From IMG/VR virus record IMGVR_UViG_3300033067_001375, positions 3,519 through 67,518 of that record: DNA of 64,000 nt; one strand, written 5' to 3'. This DNA is from a virus. Taxonomy: Duplodnaviria; Caudoviricetes. Positions 35,043 through 45,285 of the stretch are shown one piece after another (position 1 is the stretch's first letter; every line of letters begins with the position of its first letter). The notes beneath the pieces are model-generated. The model worked only from the letters and a program-made list of their open reading frames with translations, did not search any database and was not told the origin of the DNA. A program made the translations under genes and the position numbers.

Positions 35043-37690
35043 GCGGTGCGCGGGACGTTGTATTCAAGTTGACGGCTGAGCCGGATCCGGCGTTGCGTGC
35101 CAAGCTTCGCAATTTTGCGACCGATGTTGTAGGCGTTTACAAGGTCATTGAGGACGCCGAAACCAAGACGGTTGAAAAGAGCAAGCTTGGCGTCAACGCA
35201 CGCGTTGAGGCTCATCTAAGCGGCGCACGCAAGATAGCGGCGGCAACTATTGAGGCCGTCAAAGCCGGGCAGCAAATTGACTCTAAGGAGGTGCAAGAGT
35301 ATGCCAAGCTCATGGCTGAAAAGGAACGTATTGCAGCGAAAACCGAAAAGGCTATTCGCGTGGCTATGCGCTCTGCTGACCGTCACGGGTTTGATGATCA
35401 AGGCAAAGAAACGTTGCGGGCTAAAATCGCAGCGGCGGCCGCCGACGAAATCGCGAAGATCGAAAAGCGGTTGGATATACTCAAAACCTCAATTCAACAA
35501 AAGGCCGCCAAAGAGGCTCAGAAACAAGCCGATGCCGAAATCAAAGCCACTCAACGCGTGGAGAAAGAGAAAGCAGCGGCGGCGGCCAAGCTTGCAGCGG
35601 ATCAAGCTAAGTTGGCAGCGAAGCGCCAAGCCGAGGCAGATAAAGAGTATGACCGTCTTTTGCAGAGTGGCCAACGTGCGGCGGCTAAAGAATATGAGGC
35701 CAAGGTTAAGGCTGACGCTGACGCGGCGGCTAAGATCAAATCGGAGGCAGAGCGAACGGCGGCGGCTCAGGCAAAGGCGGCCGAAGATTATTCCAGGGTA
35801 GCTATAGCTGCTCACAATCGCTTAGGTGACGCTCGCACAAGCGCGGCCGCCCAATCAATGGCGGCCAATGCCCGATTGAATACGGCAAGCCGTGAGGCCC
35901 TCCAAGCCGTTGCTGAGCTTGGCGAGTCAGTGATGAAAACTGCGCGGGGCTTCGTGGCTCTTGGCCTTGTTGGCGAAAAGGACCTCGATAAGGTCAAGGA
36001 CAACTTGCTTGCGATGCAAGGCGCCCTAGACATTATGGGCGGTTCAATGCAGACGTTTCTAAAGATAACAAGATCCGCTGAGGCATTGGGCCGGGCTCTT
36101 AAAGCAGCTACAGCCGCTCAGATTGCGCTCAATGCGGCTCAATCCGCTGGGGCGGTAACTGGGTCAAGTGGAATTGGCGCGGCCGTAGTGGGCTCACTGG
36201 CTGGCTTAATGGGCCGGTTCCGGAAAGCGGCCCCGAATATGACCGGGCAAGGTGGGATGCTTGGCATGAGTGGCGGCGCTACGGCAACGGCGGCGGGCGC
36301 GGGCGGGGCGGCGGCCGGCACTGGCTTGGTATTGCCTACGGCGATAGCGGCCGGCGGGGCGTTTGATTTGTATGCCGGGTACGATGTTGGCAAAAATATG
36401 TTGCAGCATGGGATTGGCGGTGGCGCTACCCGTGGCTCGTTTACTGATATGTCCGGCGGTTCGAAACTCAACCCGTTTTCGTGGATGTATCGGGCTCAGT
36501 GGGAACGGCAAAAATCAGACACGCAAACGGCCAAGGCTACCAAGAGGGCCGCAAGCTTGGCCGAAATGACGGCGTTGCAGGACGCCGAAATGGGCCGTGC
36601 GGGCGGTGAGTCTTTCGGCCGGTCAGCTAAGTCACTGGCAAGTCAGTCAGCACTCTTTGACCTTGGCGGCCAGCGCCTTGACGATACTGCCGGATCAGCA
36701 CGCACAAGGCTTGAGGCTCAACAGTCAGAGCGTGACGCGGCGCTAATCAAATCAACTGAGGCACTTGAGGCCAAGCGGCGTGCGATCAGTGCGCAGAGTG
36801 CCAAGGCAAAGGCTGAGGATGAGGTTGGCGCTTATAAGAAAGCCAGCGCTCAGTTGATGGCTATTGACAAGGAACAATACAAGGCGCGTGACGCGGCTCA
36901 GAAAGAGGGCGGCCGTGCGCAGAGCGCAGCCGTTGATATTCGATACAAGAGCCAAGAGGCGCGGCTTGTTGCAGAGATAGCGGCCGAAGAAAAACGCGTT
37001 GCCGGATACAAGGCAGAGGCCGCCAAATACGATGAGCGGTTCAAAGAAATTCGTGAGCAATTCTTGGGGCAAGCGGAGGAGGGTGAGCGGCGCATACTTG
37101 GGCTACTTGGCCAACGCCGTGACCTTGAGCGCCAGACGGGCCAAGAGAAGCGTCAAGTAGCCGAGGACTCACTCAACTTTGCACAGCAAGAGTTTGACGT
37201 TGCCAAGGCCAAGGCTGACCAAGCGCGTGATCAAGTGTTGAGCGCGAAAGAGCGTTTCGGTTTGATGGACTCAGGGCAGCAAGCTGACTTACTTGATTTA
37301 GCGAGACGCGCCAAGGCTGGCCAAACACTGAGCCGCGAAGAGCTCAAACGTTTACAAGGGTTGGGTCTTGAGTCAACCAACAACTTAGTAAGCCGTCAAG
37401 CTAACCGATTGGCTGAGCAAGGCGGCTTTAACCAAATTGCCGGTGAGGATATGGCAAAGGCTAAGCAACTTCAAAACATGCAAAACAGTCTTGCGGTGCA
37501 AGTTGCTGATCGACGTCAGATTGTGCTCAACTACCAAGCTAACACGGACAAACTTGTTGCCGAAGTCACAAAGCAAGTTGGTGATCGTTTGGCAGCTACG
37601 GACAAAGAAACGGTTGATAAGTTCAACAAGGCCTTTGCTGAGCTCGAAGCGGTTAGGAATTCGATTCGCAACGGTGGAGGTCGCGGGTAA
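35039..37690 (+). CDS. Tape measure protein
   Basis: 883 aa, Ala/Lys/Gln-rich helical sequence with a central Gly-rich hydrophobic stretch; position. Confidence 0.88.
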   Translation: MSGARDVVFKLTAEPDPALRAKLRNFATDVVGVYKVIEDAETKTVEKSKLGVNARVEAHLSGARKIAAATIEAVKAGQQIDSKEVQEYAKLMAEKERIAAKTEKAIRVAMRSADRHGFDDQGKETLRAKIAAAAADEIAKIEKRLDILKTSIQQKAAKEAQKQADAEIKATQRVEKEKAAAAAKLAADQAKLAAKRQAEADKEYDRLLQSGQRAAAKEYEAKVKADADAAAKIKSEAERTAAAQAKAAEDYSRVAIAAHNRLGDARTSAAAQSMAANARLNTASREALQAVAELGESVMKTARGFVALGLVGEKDLDKVKDNLLAMQGALDIMGGSMQTFLKITRSAEALGRALKAATAAQIALNAAQSAGAVTGSSGIGAAVVGSLAGLMGRFRKAAPNMTGQGGMLGMSGGATATAAGAGGAAAGTGLVLPTAIAAGGAFDLYAGYDVGKNMLQHGIGGGATRGSFTDMSGGSKLNPFSWMYRAQWERQKSDTQTAKATKRAASLAEMTALQDAEMGRAGGESFGRSAKSLASQSALFDLGGQRLDDTAGSARTRLEAQQSERDAALIKSTEALEAKRRAISAQSAKAKAEDEVGAYKKASAQLMAIDKEQYKARDAAQKEGGRAQSAAVDIRYKSQEARLVAEIAAEEKRVAGYKAEAAKYDERFKEIREQFLGQAEEGERRILGLLGQRRDLERQTGQEKRQVAEDSLNFAQQEFDVAKAKADQARDQVLSAKERFGLMDSGQQADLLDLARRAKAGQTLSREELKRLQGLGLESTNNLVSRQANRLAEQGGFNQIAGEDMAKAKQLQNMQNSLAVQVADRRQIVLNYQANTDKLVAEVTKQVGDRLAATDKETVDKFNKAFAELEAVRNSIRNGGGRG

Positions 37691-38415
37691 TGTATCTTCG
37701 AATTGGCGGTTACACGCGGCCGTTTCTTGAGGCCAATGTCGACCCAAGCTTTCAAAACTTTTTTGATGGCCAACGGCGATTGTACAAAACCGGCGTGACG
37801 TACCAAATCGACGGCAAGATCGTGTTGCAGACTGGGGCAAGTGAGGCGGCAATGACGCGCGAAATAAACGCGCTCAAGGTTGCATTGGGTCAACTCAACC
37901 CTGACATTGTTTTGCTCAACAGTGACGGCGTGACGCCATCACACTTTGCGCTATACGCCAACAAGTGCATTGTTGGGCCTCAGATAATGAATTGGTCTTT
38001 TCCGTCCAATGCAGGACGCTTGTACCACACAAGTTGTCCGTACTCAATTACCGTTTACGCTGAGCAACCAGTTGGCAACGGTAGCCCAATATTGGCTTTC
38101 AGTGAAACGGTAGATGACTCAGGGGCCGGCGGTTGGGAAAAGGTTTTCGTGGGCGGTGCGATCAACCCGCCTGAGGAACAAATTGGACAACAGTACAGCA
38201 CGTACAGGTACACTCAAAGCGGCTCAGCTATGGGCCTATACGACTGGCCTCAAGTGCCTCCGCCTCTTTGGCCGTTTGCGCTCAAGCGTCAACGACCAAA
38301 GATACAACGTTCATCGCCTGAAATAATGGGTGACGTTGCACAAAATTATCGGATAAGCTGGGCGTATGAATACGAGAGCCCGTTCGAGCTCTTTGGTGAC
38401 CCTCACACAATGTAA
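37690..38415 (+). CDS. Putative distal tail / tail tip protein
   Basis: Directly follows the TMP (TAATG); the stop lies inside palindrome copy 9. Confidence 0.55.
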   Translation: MYLRIGGYTRPFLEANVDPSFQNFFDGQRRLYKTGVTYQIDGKIVLQTGASEAAMTREINALKVALGQLNPDIVLLNSDGVTPSHFALYANKCIVGPQIMNWSFPSNAGRLYHTSCPYSITVYAEQPVGNGSPILAFSETVDDSGAGGWEKVFVGGAINPPEEQIGQQYSTYRYTQSGSAMGLYDWPQVPPPLWPFALKRQRPKIQRSSPEIMGDVAQNYRISWAYEYESPFELFGDPHTM

Positions 38416-38424
38416 ACGTTTACA
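38411..38424. promoter_or_regulatory. 14-bp palindrome (copy 9)
   Basis: Perfect copy, 15 nt before ATG 38440. Confidence 0.85.
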
Positions 38425-38439
38425 AAAACGGGTTGAGAA

Positions 38440-39681
38440 ATGGCAAAGAAATACTGGCTCGGCGCGGCTCAAGCAGTGGCTCAGGTTACAACGGTTACCT
38501 ATTCAGCCTACACAATCGGCGTGACGTACAGACTGACCGTCAACAATAAGGTCGTGAGCTACACGGCCGTCGCGGCAACCAGCGCAGACGTTTGGGCCGG
38601 AATGGTCAACGCGTGGAATTCAAGCGGCTTCGCTGAAATTCAAGAAATGGTTGCAAGCGTTGGCGGCGCGGGCATTGTTTTGACAGGCCGGGACGCTGGC
38701 GTACCCGTGACGGTTACCGGTAGCTCAAGCGGTGCACCAACAGCAACGGTTACAGCGACGACGGCGGCAACTGGGCCAAACTTTTTGATGAACGCGGCCA
38801 ACTGGGTTGGCGGTACTGCGCCAGTTGCGGCCGATGAGCTTATCTTTCGCAACTCATCGGTCAGCGTGCTTTATGACATTGAGCAAACCGGGATCAACTT
38901 TTCTCACGTCACGGTTGAAGCAAGCTTTACGGGTGCAATCGGTTTGCCGGCAACGCGTGAGAACGGCGCGGCTTATCCTGAGTACCGCCCGCGATACTTG
39001 AAACTTGGCGATGGCACTAACACTTACAACTTGACTATTGGCGCCGGTGTTGGTCAACAAGCCTCACGCGTGCTCGTTGATGCAAACCAAGCGTCAGTGA
39101 CCCTAGTAGTGTTTGGCAGTGGTCAAGCCTCTCTTGATGCGATGCCGGTTGAGCTCAAAAATACTGACTCAGCAAGCGCGGCTCAGATATACGCGGGCAA
39201 CGTTGCCATTCGCGCCGATACAACGGGCAACCTTGCAACTCTTGCGGTAATCTTCAGGCAAGATTTGAACGCTCAGCCCAATGTGATTATCGGTGAGGGT
39301 GTGACGGTTGCGGCCGCCAAGCAACTTGGCAATAGCACTCTATCGAACTATGGCACAATCACAGTTATGGATGTTGTTGACGGTGCTGAGTGTTACAACT
39401 ACGCAACAATGCCAACGGCACTCGCAGCCAACCAAGGCAAAATCTATTGGGTATCGTCAGCCAACTTGTCAACGCAAGCGATTGCGTACAGTATGGGGCT
39501 GATTGACTTCTCACGGCACGGCACGGCCAAGAGTTGCCAAGCGTGCGATGTGTACGGCGGCGGCTCAGTGTTGGATCCGTTGGGGCTGGTGACGTTTACA
39601 ACGGGCATAATCCTAAAGGGTTGCAAGCTTGCCGATACAACCATTGACGTTGGGCGCAGCCGTACACTAACAATCACGTAG
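38440..39681 (+). CDS. Tail tip / baseplate protein (beta-rich)
   Basis: Thr/Ala/Val-rich; operon context. Confidence 0.55.
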   Translation: MAKKYWLGAAQAVAQVTTVTYSAYTIGVTYRLTVNNKVVSYTAVAATSADVWAGMVNAWNSSGFAEIQEMVASVGGAGIVLTGRDAGVPVTVTGSSSGAPTATVTATTAATGPNFLMNAANWVGGTAPVAADELIFRNSSVSVLYDIEQTGINFSHVTVEASFTGAIGLPATRENGAAYPEYRPRYLKLGDGTNTYNLTIGAGVGQQASRVLVDANQASVTLVVFGSGQASLDAMPVELKNTDSASAAQIYAGNVAIRADTTGNLATLAVIFRQDLNAQPNVIIGEGVTVAAAKQLGNSTLSNYGTITVMDVVDGAECYNYATMPTALAANQGKIYWVSSANLSTQAIAYSMGLIDFSRHGTAKSCQACDVYGGGSVLDPLGLVTFTTGIILKGCKLADTTIDVGRSRTLTIT

Positions 39682-39686
39682 GTATC

Positions 39687-41456
39687 ATGAAACAATGTTT
39701 GTTTCTTTGGGGCAATGAGCCTTGTGAGGGTGGAGGCTCATTTACCTTGCAACCGGGCACGGCGCCGTCGCGTGGCACGTTCCGGTTTCGTCTTGGTGCA
39801 ACACTCAATCAGTTTGACCGGCTCACGATCACTGATGGCTCACAAGCTATTCGTGTTGATGGTTGTCGTGTTGTTCGCGCCTCGATCACTTCTGGCTCAG
39901 GCGGCCGATACCAAGAGGTAACGATTGAGGATAGGCGTTGGCGTTGGCAGTATGCCCGCGTATGGGGCGATTACAACGCGGTCGAGCATAACGTCATACT
40001 TGCGGCAACCAAGCGCAGTGCGCGTGATATGGCTATCCAATGCCTCAACGCAATGAACGAGACTGTTTACAACGTTTCACTCTTACCGGCTGATTCATAC
40101 CCGCGTATTGACTGGGACGCTGAGTTAGCCCCGGCGGCTCTTGATCAACTTGCGGCTCAGTATGGATTGATTGTCACGGTGAGTTTCGCCGGTGCGATCG
40201 TCCTATGTAAGAACGGCGTTGGTCAGCGGCCGCCACTTGATCAGCGTGCGATGGATGCGACGGCCGGCCGTGAGCCGCCGGTTGTGCCTGATCAGCTTGT
40301 GTTTGAAGGTGGGCAAACACTATGGCAACATGACTTGCTGCTCGACCCTTGGGGCTTCGAGTCAATGCTCGAAAGGTCAGAACTCAAGCCGATCAACAGC
40401 TTGACTTACAAGCCTACAAACGGTTGGGAAAAAGAGGATCCAACGGACTTCTACGGCGTGACCGAAAAGAAACGTGAGCTTGCCAAGAGTTGCATTTGGA
40501 AAGTGTTTAAGGTTTCCGAAGGGTTTCAGTTGCCCATACCGCCGGCCGCGCTACCCAATGGCGGCAAGGGCGGTTACATGCCGCGCGCAGCGATCAACCA
40601 AGTAAAGAACTACTACCGCGTTGACACTGGTGAGCTTTGGCGAATCTTGCCATTGCATAATCTGCAATTGTCAATGTTCAAAAAGGCGGGCAAAGAGGAG
40701 GGGCCGGCGGCTCAAGTGTTTGGTGTATTCCGCGATGAGAAACACCAATTCGGAAACAACGTGACCACGGATCCGCCAAGCATACTGGACAAAAATTATT
40801 CGTTTCCGCAAACGGTTGCCGATGAGCTCCTGTATCACGGTGGGTTCAGCATTGATGCGTTGCACGGCGTTGTTAAGTTCGGTTCTCCGATGTATTGTTG
40901 GGACCGCACTGGAAACAAAAACTCAGCGCGTGCGGCGCCAAAGATTCGCTTGAGAACGTCTTTCGGTTTGCGTGACACGCAATCGCGGGCTCATTTATCT
41001 CAACAGTATTGGTACTCACCCGGCAACCTTTCGTCGCGCCAAGGTGTTGTTGATGTAATCAAGCGGCCTGAGTCAATTTTTGAAATCGCTTCGGTGGCGA
41101 CGTCCTCATCAACAACCAACGTTGCCGATTACATTTTGCAGGCCAAGTATTACTTGCAAGAACAGTTGAACAGCTACTACCCTGAGGACGCATTGAGCGT
41201 ACCCTACAAAGGTTTCGTGTTCAACGTTGGTCTTGACGGCGCTATCCGTTCGATCACTTGGGCCGTTCGAGATGGCGGCGGCGGTACAACGCAAATTGAA
41301 TATCTCAACGAGCGGCCTGACTTGCGAATCAGCCACAATGACCTAAAGGCTAAGGTTGCGGATTACAATCAGCGCGTTCAAATCATGCAGGATAGAGCGA
41401 AGCAAGCCATATCAAAACGCAACGCTCACAACCACCACCACCAGCACAACCGATAG
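39687..41456 (+). CDS. Putative baseplate hub / tail tip protein
   Basis: 589 aa downstream of the TMP; positional assignment. Confidence 0.55.
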   Translation: MKQCLFLWGNEPCEGGGSFTLQPGTAPSRGTFRFRLGATLNQFDRLTITDGSQAIRVDGCRVVRASITSGSGGRYQEVTIEDRRWRWQYARVWGDYNAVEHNVILAATKRSARDMAIQCLNAMNETVYNVSLLPADSYPRIDWDAELAPAALDQLAAQYGLIVTVSFAGAIVLCKNGVGQRPPLDQRAMDATAGREPPVVPDQLVFEGGQTLWQHDLLLDPWGFESMLERSELKPINSLTYKPTNGWEKEDPTDFYGVTEKKRELAKSCIWKVFKVSEGFQLPIPPAALPNGGKGGYMPRAAINQVKNYYRVDTGELWRILPLHNLQLSMFKKAGKEEGPAAQVFGVFRDEKHQFGNNVTTDPPSILDKNYSFPQTVADELLYHGGFSIDALHGVVKFGSPMYCWDRTGNKNSARAAPKIRLRTSFGLRDTQSRAHLSQQYWYSPGNLSSRQGVVDVIKRPESIFEIASVATSSSTTNVADYILQAKYYLQEQLNSYYPEDALSVPYKGFVFNVGLDGAIRSITWAVRDGGGGTTQIEYLNERPDLRISHNDLKAKVADYNQRVQIMQDRAKQAISKRNAHNHHHQHNR

Positions 41457-41462
41457 GCCAAC

Positions 41463-42095
41463 ATGATCACTGAGCTCTACAAAGGTTTCGGTTGGATCAA
41501 TGACACGGGTGCTGACATTGAGCCCGGCTCAGCGCTTGAGCTCAAGGATTCAATCGTGCAAGAGAATGAGATTTTCTTTCACGTCAAAAAGCCTACGATT
41601 GCCGGCATAGCAAAGCGGTTGATTTACTTCAATGCGCCGGTGCTTGTGCCGGACGGTGGCGCGGGCCGGTTTCAAGTTGGGCCTATCTTTATCGTTGCCA
41701 AAAATGGCGCGATCAACATTGGTGATTTGGTTGGGCCGGTTGCTGCTCAGTGGTATGTAGCAACTGGCTCAGGTGGCTACAGCTACCTTGGCGATGATCC
41801 GACAGGCGTGTTCACTAACTGTGGCGTAATTGCGGCGGTTGGATCAGTAAAAAAACTGTTTGTGACTACCTCAACTATCACGGCGGCAACTGGCACAAGC
41901 TCACCGTTTACACCCGGCACGGGTACCGGCACTATGATGGAATTCTACGATGCAAGCGGCACAGTAAAGACTCAGACAACCGGGATAACTGGCGTGACTC
42001 TCAAACACCACGGCTCACAGTCAATTGCATCGGGCCGCGTAGTTCAAGCTGAGTACGTGGACGGCTTTTGGCTCATCGACGTTGACTACTGCTAA
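41463..42095 (+). CDS. Minor tail protein
   Basis: Gly/Thr-rich; operon context. Confidence 0.55.
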   Translation: MITELYKGFGWINDTGADIEPGSALELKDSIVQENEIFFHVKKPTIAGIAKRLIYFNAPVLVPDGGAGRFQVGPIFIVAKNGAINIGDLVGPVAAQWYVATGSGGYSYLGDDPTGVFTNCGVIAAVGSVKKLFVTTSTITAATGTSSPFTPGTGTGTMMEFYDASGTVKTQTTGITGVTLKHHGSQSIASGRVVQAEYVDGFWLIDVDYC

Positions 42096-42104
42096 AGCGT
42101 AAAC

Positions 42105-42773
42105 ATGAAACATAATTCCCCCGGTTGCGCAACGGTTGATTGTTGCTCTAACCCTTGTCCGTGCGGTGTGACTGGTGACCCGGTTGTTGGCAACTATGGC
42201 ACAATATCAGTCACAATTGCCAACGTGGCTATGAATGGCTTGTCGCCGCCCATGTGTGACCCGCCGCGTTCAGGTTTGACGATAGATCAAACATGGTACA
42301 ACGGCGTGACGTTTCAATTTAGGCACGAATGGACGCTTGCGCAACTGGCTTCGAATAATCCAAACGGCTTTGATGTTGTTGACAACTCAACGGCGCCAAC
42401 GGTGCGATGCACTCAGCAAAGCGGATATTGGCAATGCTTCTACACGGCAACTGATTTTTTTTGGTGGGGCATTGCTTGCGGTATTGGGCGACTTGGTTCC
42501 GGCTTCCCATACTTTCTTTTGACGCGTACAGTTTTGCAATGCGGCCTTGGCTCAACAGCCTCAGGCTCGCCCGTGATTTCGTCAGTGACCTCGCAAGGTT
42601 CAGTTGATTACTACAACAGCGCCAACACTTCCAACGACCCGGTTCACCCTTGCCACAATCCAGCGGGAACATACATTTTCCTGGGCAGAAACTCAGCGCC
42701 GTTTACAAGTATAAATACCGGGCCGTTTGATTTTCGAACGTTCACAATTTCAAGTATTACGTGGTCACCATGA
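42105..42773 (+). CDS. Cys-rich minor tail protein
   Basis: N-terminal PGCATVDCCSNPCPC. Confidence 0.55.
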   Translation: MKHNSPGCATVDCCSNPCPCGVTGDPVVGNYGTISVTIANVAMNGLSPPMCDPPRSGLTIDQTWYNGVTFQFRHEWTLAQLASNNPNGFDVVDNSTAPTVRCTQQSGYWQCFYTATDFFWWGIACGIGRLGSGFPYFLLTRTVLQCGLGSTASGSPVISSVTSQGSVDYYNSANTSNDPVHPCHNPAGTYIFLGRNSAPFTSINTGPFDFRTFTISSITWSP

Positions 42774-43075
42774 TCGAGTGCGATTGCGGCCGCCGGTATC
42801 ACGGCGTAAAGGTCTTGTGCGATTGCGGCCTGTTAATCGAAGCGGGGCAACTTCCAAGAAAAACAGTCTGCAAGTTTCGCGGTGACGAAAAAGGGGTAGG
42901 CTCTTGCCGTTGCGGGCCGTTTTATACGTGCGATTTGAAGGGGCTTTACTGTTCAGCCAAGACACCAGTTGATGACCTTGTTGAGCTCAATTTCACTGAC
43001 GGTTCAAAGATGGTGCTTGTGATGGAAGTTGACTTTCAAGGTTGCGATCAGTGTGACGACTTTATGACTGAGTAG
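42770..43075 (+). CDS. Small Cys-rich protein
   Basis: ATGA coupling; multiple CxC/CxxC motifs. Confidence 0.6.
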   Translation: MIECDCGRRYHGVKVLCDCGLLIEAGQLPRKTVCKFRGDEKGVGSCRCGPFYTCDLKGLYCSAKTPVDDLVELNFTDGSKMVLVMEVDFQGCDQCDDFMTE

Positions 43076-43077
43076 TT

Positions 43078-43091
43078 TGTAAACGTTTACA
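43078..43091. promoter_or_regulatory. 14-bp palindrome (copy 10)
   Basis: Perfect copy; overlaps the -35 of a class B motif. Confidence 0.85.
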
Positions 43092-43114
43092 AGTATGCAC
43101 GCCCGCCGGATACT
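43086..43114 (+). promoter_or_regulatory. Class B (late-type) promoter-like motif
   Basis: TTTACA-AGTATGCA...(17 nt)-GATACT upstream of the membrane/peptidase operon. Confidence 0.55.
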
Positions 43115-43163
43115 AAGGCTGAAACTGATCAACCTTTGACGTTTAACCAAGCGAGGCGCGCTT

Positions 43164-43757
43164 ATGGATTCCCGTCACGAAATCATTATCACTGAGCAAG
43201 GCAACAATCGGGGCCGAAACTTTCTTATCGGCGTTGCCGTCATTTGGCTCTTGTTTCATCTCTGGTTTCACGATTCCAATATCCGCAACCTAGTCCACTT
43301 TGCGGCCTCAGGCGAAAAGCCAAGCGGTTTCTCAAGCGTATCGTTTTCAATCTTCTCGATACTGCTTGAGGTCGTCATTGTGATCGGCGGCGTTGGGGCT
43401 GCAATCGGTTGGGGTGTATGGCAAGTCATTTGGGACGTAGGCGCCGGTTTCGTGCAGGCTATCAACGCGTGGCGGGCCAAAAACGCGGCATTGGCGGCGG
43501 CTCAGGATGCGGCCAAGCAAGCGGCCATAAGCGCGGCCACTCTCAACGCGGTAGCAACTGGCCTATCTGATCAAGTCAGAACGGATACCGGTGAGGCGAT
43601 AACGTTCAGTGATGTTGTCAACGCAGTTCAGACGGTAGCCAATGAGCTTGAGGAGTTGCGTAAACGTTTTGACGCGGTACCGCTTTTCACTGGTGAGCCC
43701 GCTAAAACTCCAACAGCGCGAAAGACTGCAACCAAAAAAACTTCTGATTCAAAGTAA
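43164..43757 (+). CDS. Membrane protein (holin-like candidate)
   Basis: Two TM segments and a basic C-terminus. Confidence 0.55.
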   Translation: MDSRHEIIITEQGNNRGRNFLIGVAVIWLLFHLWFHDSNIRNLVHFAASGEKPSGFSSVSFSIFSILLEVVIVIGGVGAAIGWGVWQVIWDVGAGFVQAINAWRAKNAALAAAQDAAKQAAISAATLNAVATGLSDQVRTDTGEAITFSDVVNAVQTVANELEELRKRFDAVPLFTGEPAKTPTARKTATKKTSDSK

Positions 43758-43772
43758 GGCACGGGGGACACG

Positions 43773-44474
43773 ATGACTTTTTCAAACAAGCTATTCAAGC
43801 AATCTAGCGGCGTATCTCAGGTGAGCGCGCCAGCGGGTCTTAGCTCTGGGGCGGGTGAGCATAACGCCCTGCCTCAGAGCGGGCTCGGCGCTCAGTCACA
43901 ACCTGAGCCAGCGCCGCAACCAACCGTCGCGTCCCCCGCGCCGGCAACCGCGGCGCCGCCGGTGCAATATCCGGCGGCGCCCGTGGTTCAGTTTCCCAAT
44001 ACGGTAGGGCCTGTTTATGCCGCGCCGTTGCAACCTGTTCAGCGTCAGTCAACGTTGCTGATCACTGCGCTCATTTGTGCCGTGATTGTCTTGGGTGCGC
44101 TTCAGTTTCGATCACTCATCAAGATCATGCCGGATCCCGATGGCGCAGACGGGTTGCATGTGCTCTTGATGTATGAAAGCGATCCCGATGAGGGCGAAGC
44201 AACCGACGATCAAAAGCTTTCGATGAGCGCCAAGATGGTTGGCGATTGGCTCAAGGAAAATTGCGGCAAAGATTCAACCGGAAAGCCGGCTTGGCGAATC
44301 TTGGATGATGACACCAACCTTGAGCATGATGATCCGGCGTTTGCCAAGATGGCTGAGAAGAAACGCAAGAGTGAGCCTTGGCTTTACATGAGCGGAGGCG
44401 GCCGCGAAATCAGTGAGCCAATGGTTGACGGCAAGCCCGAAGAATTCATAGAGCAATTGGAAAAGGGGAAGTAG
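43773..44474 (+). CDS. Single-pass membrane protein with a Pro-rich N-region and globular C-domain
   Basis: Pro/Ala-rich region, TM LLITALICAVIVLGAL, acidic C-terminal domain. Confidence 0.7.
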   Translation: MTFSNKLFKQSSGVSQVSAPAGLSSGAGEHNALPQSGLGAQSQPEPAPQPTVASPAPATAAPPVQYPAAPVVQFPNTVGPVYAAPLQPVQRQSTLLITALICAVIVLGALQFRSLIKIMPDPDGADGLHVLLMYESDPDEGEATDDQKLSMSAKMVGDWLKENCGKDSTGKPAWRILDDDTNLEHDDPAFAKMAEKKRKSEPWLYMSGGGREISEPMVDGKPEEFIEQLEKGK

Positions 44475-44478
44475 GCAA

Positions 44479-45282
44479 ATGGTTGACTTCTACAAACCGC
44501 GTTGCACAGTCATTGACGACAATACGTACAAGCAATTCGTTGACGATTTGCCGCCGCGTTTTCGTCGTGGTTACACTGGGCGGCCATTCGATAAGGTGCC
44601 TTACGGTGGGGCAAGTTATGCTAAGCCGCGTGCGCGCCGAATCTATGATCGGTCAGAGTGGGCAGAGCGAGCCAAGGACAAAAAGAAATACGGCTCGAGC
44701 TTGCGTGAAGTGTGGCGCCGTGGCGGCCTCAACGTACTCAACCAACAACAAACAAACTATTGTTGGTGTAATGGCGTTGTAGGTGCCTACCAAGCCAAGC
44801 GGGCCTTTCAGGGTTTGCCTTACATCAAGTTCAGCGCGGCCAGCGTTGCGGCCCGGCTCAAGCGTTATCAAAACGTTGGCGGTTGGGGTGGTGAGGCAAT
44901 CGAAGGTATCAACCAAGGCCTCTTGTGCAATCTGGACCTTTGGCCAGCCAATGAGATTGATGACCGCTTTGACACGCCTGAGGCTCGCGCCTATGGCAAG
45001 ACTCATTCGGTGCTTGAGTGGGATGACCTCAAGCCCGGTTCGTTCGAAGAAATGGCAAGCGCGTTGCTTGACGATGATCCGGTACCGGCCGGCCATATGT
45101 GGTGGGGTCATTTAGTTTGTCACCTTGACTTGGTTCAACTAGGTCGCGATGACTGGGCTACAATCTTCGCTAACTCTTGGGGTTCAGATTGGGAGGATGA
45201 GGGTTTCGGCGTGATGCACGAAAACAAGGCGCGGCCAGATGAGGCTAACGCTTTGCGATCAGTAGCGGCCGTCCTTGTGTAA
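44479..45282 (+). CDS. Papain-like cysteine peptidase (C1 family)
   Basis: NQQQTNYCW (oxyanion Gln and catalytic Cys), GHLVC (His), ANSWGSDW..EGFG (Asn). Confidence 0.9.
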   Translation: MVDFYKPRCTVIDDNTYKQFVDDLPPRFRRGYTGRPFDKVPYGGASYAKPRARRIYDRSEWAERAKDKKKYGSSLREVWRRGGLNVLNQQQTNYCWCNGVVGAYQAKRAFQGLPYIKFSAASVAARLKRYQNVGGWGGEAIEGINQGLLCNLDLWPANEIDDRFDTPEARAYGKTHSVLEWDDLKPGSFEEMASALLDDDPVPAGHMWWGHLVCHLDLVQLGRDDWATIFANSWGSDWEDEGFGVMHENKARPDEANALRSVAAVLV

Positions 45283-45285
45283 GCT

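Noticed and set aside
43660-43670. Partial palindrome GTAAACGTTTT
   Set aside because: Within a CDS and degenerate.
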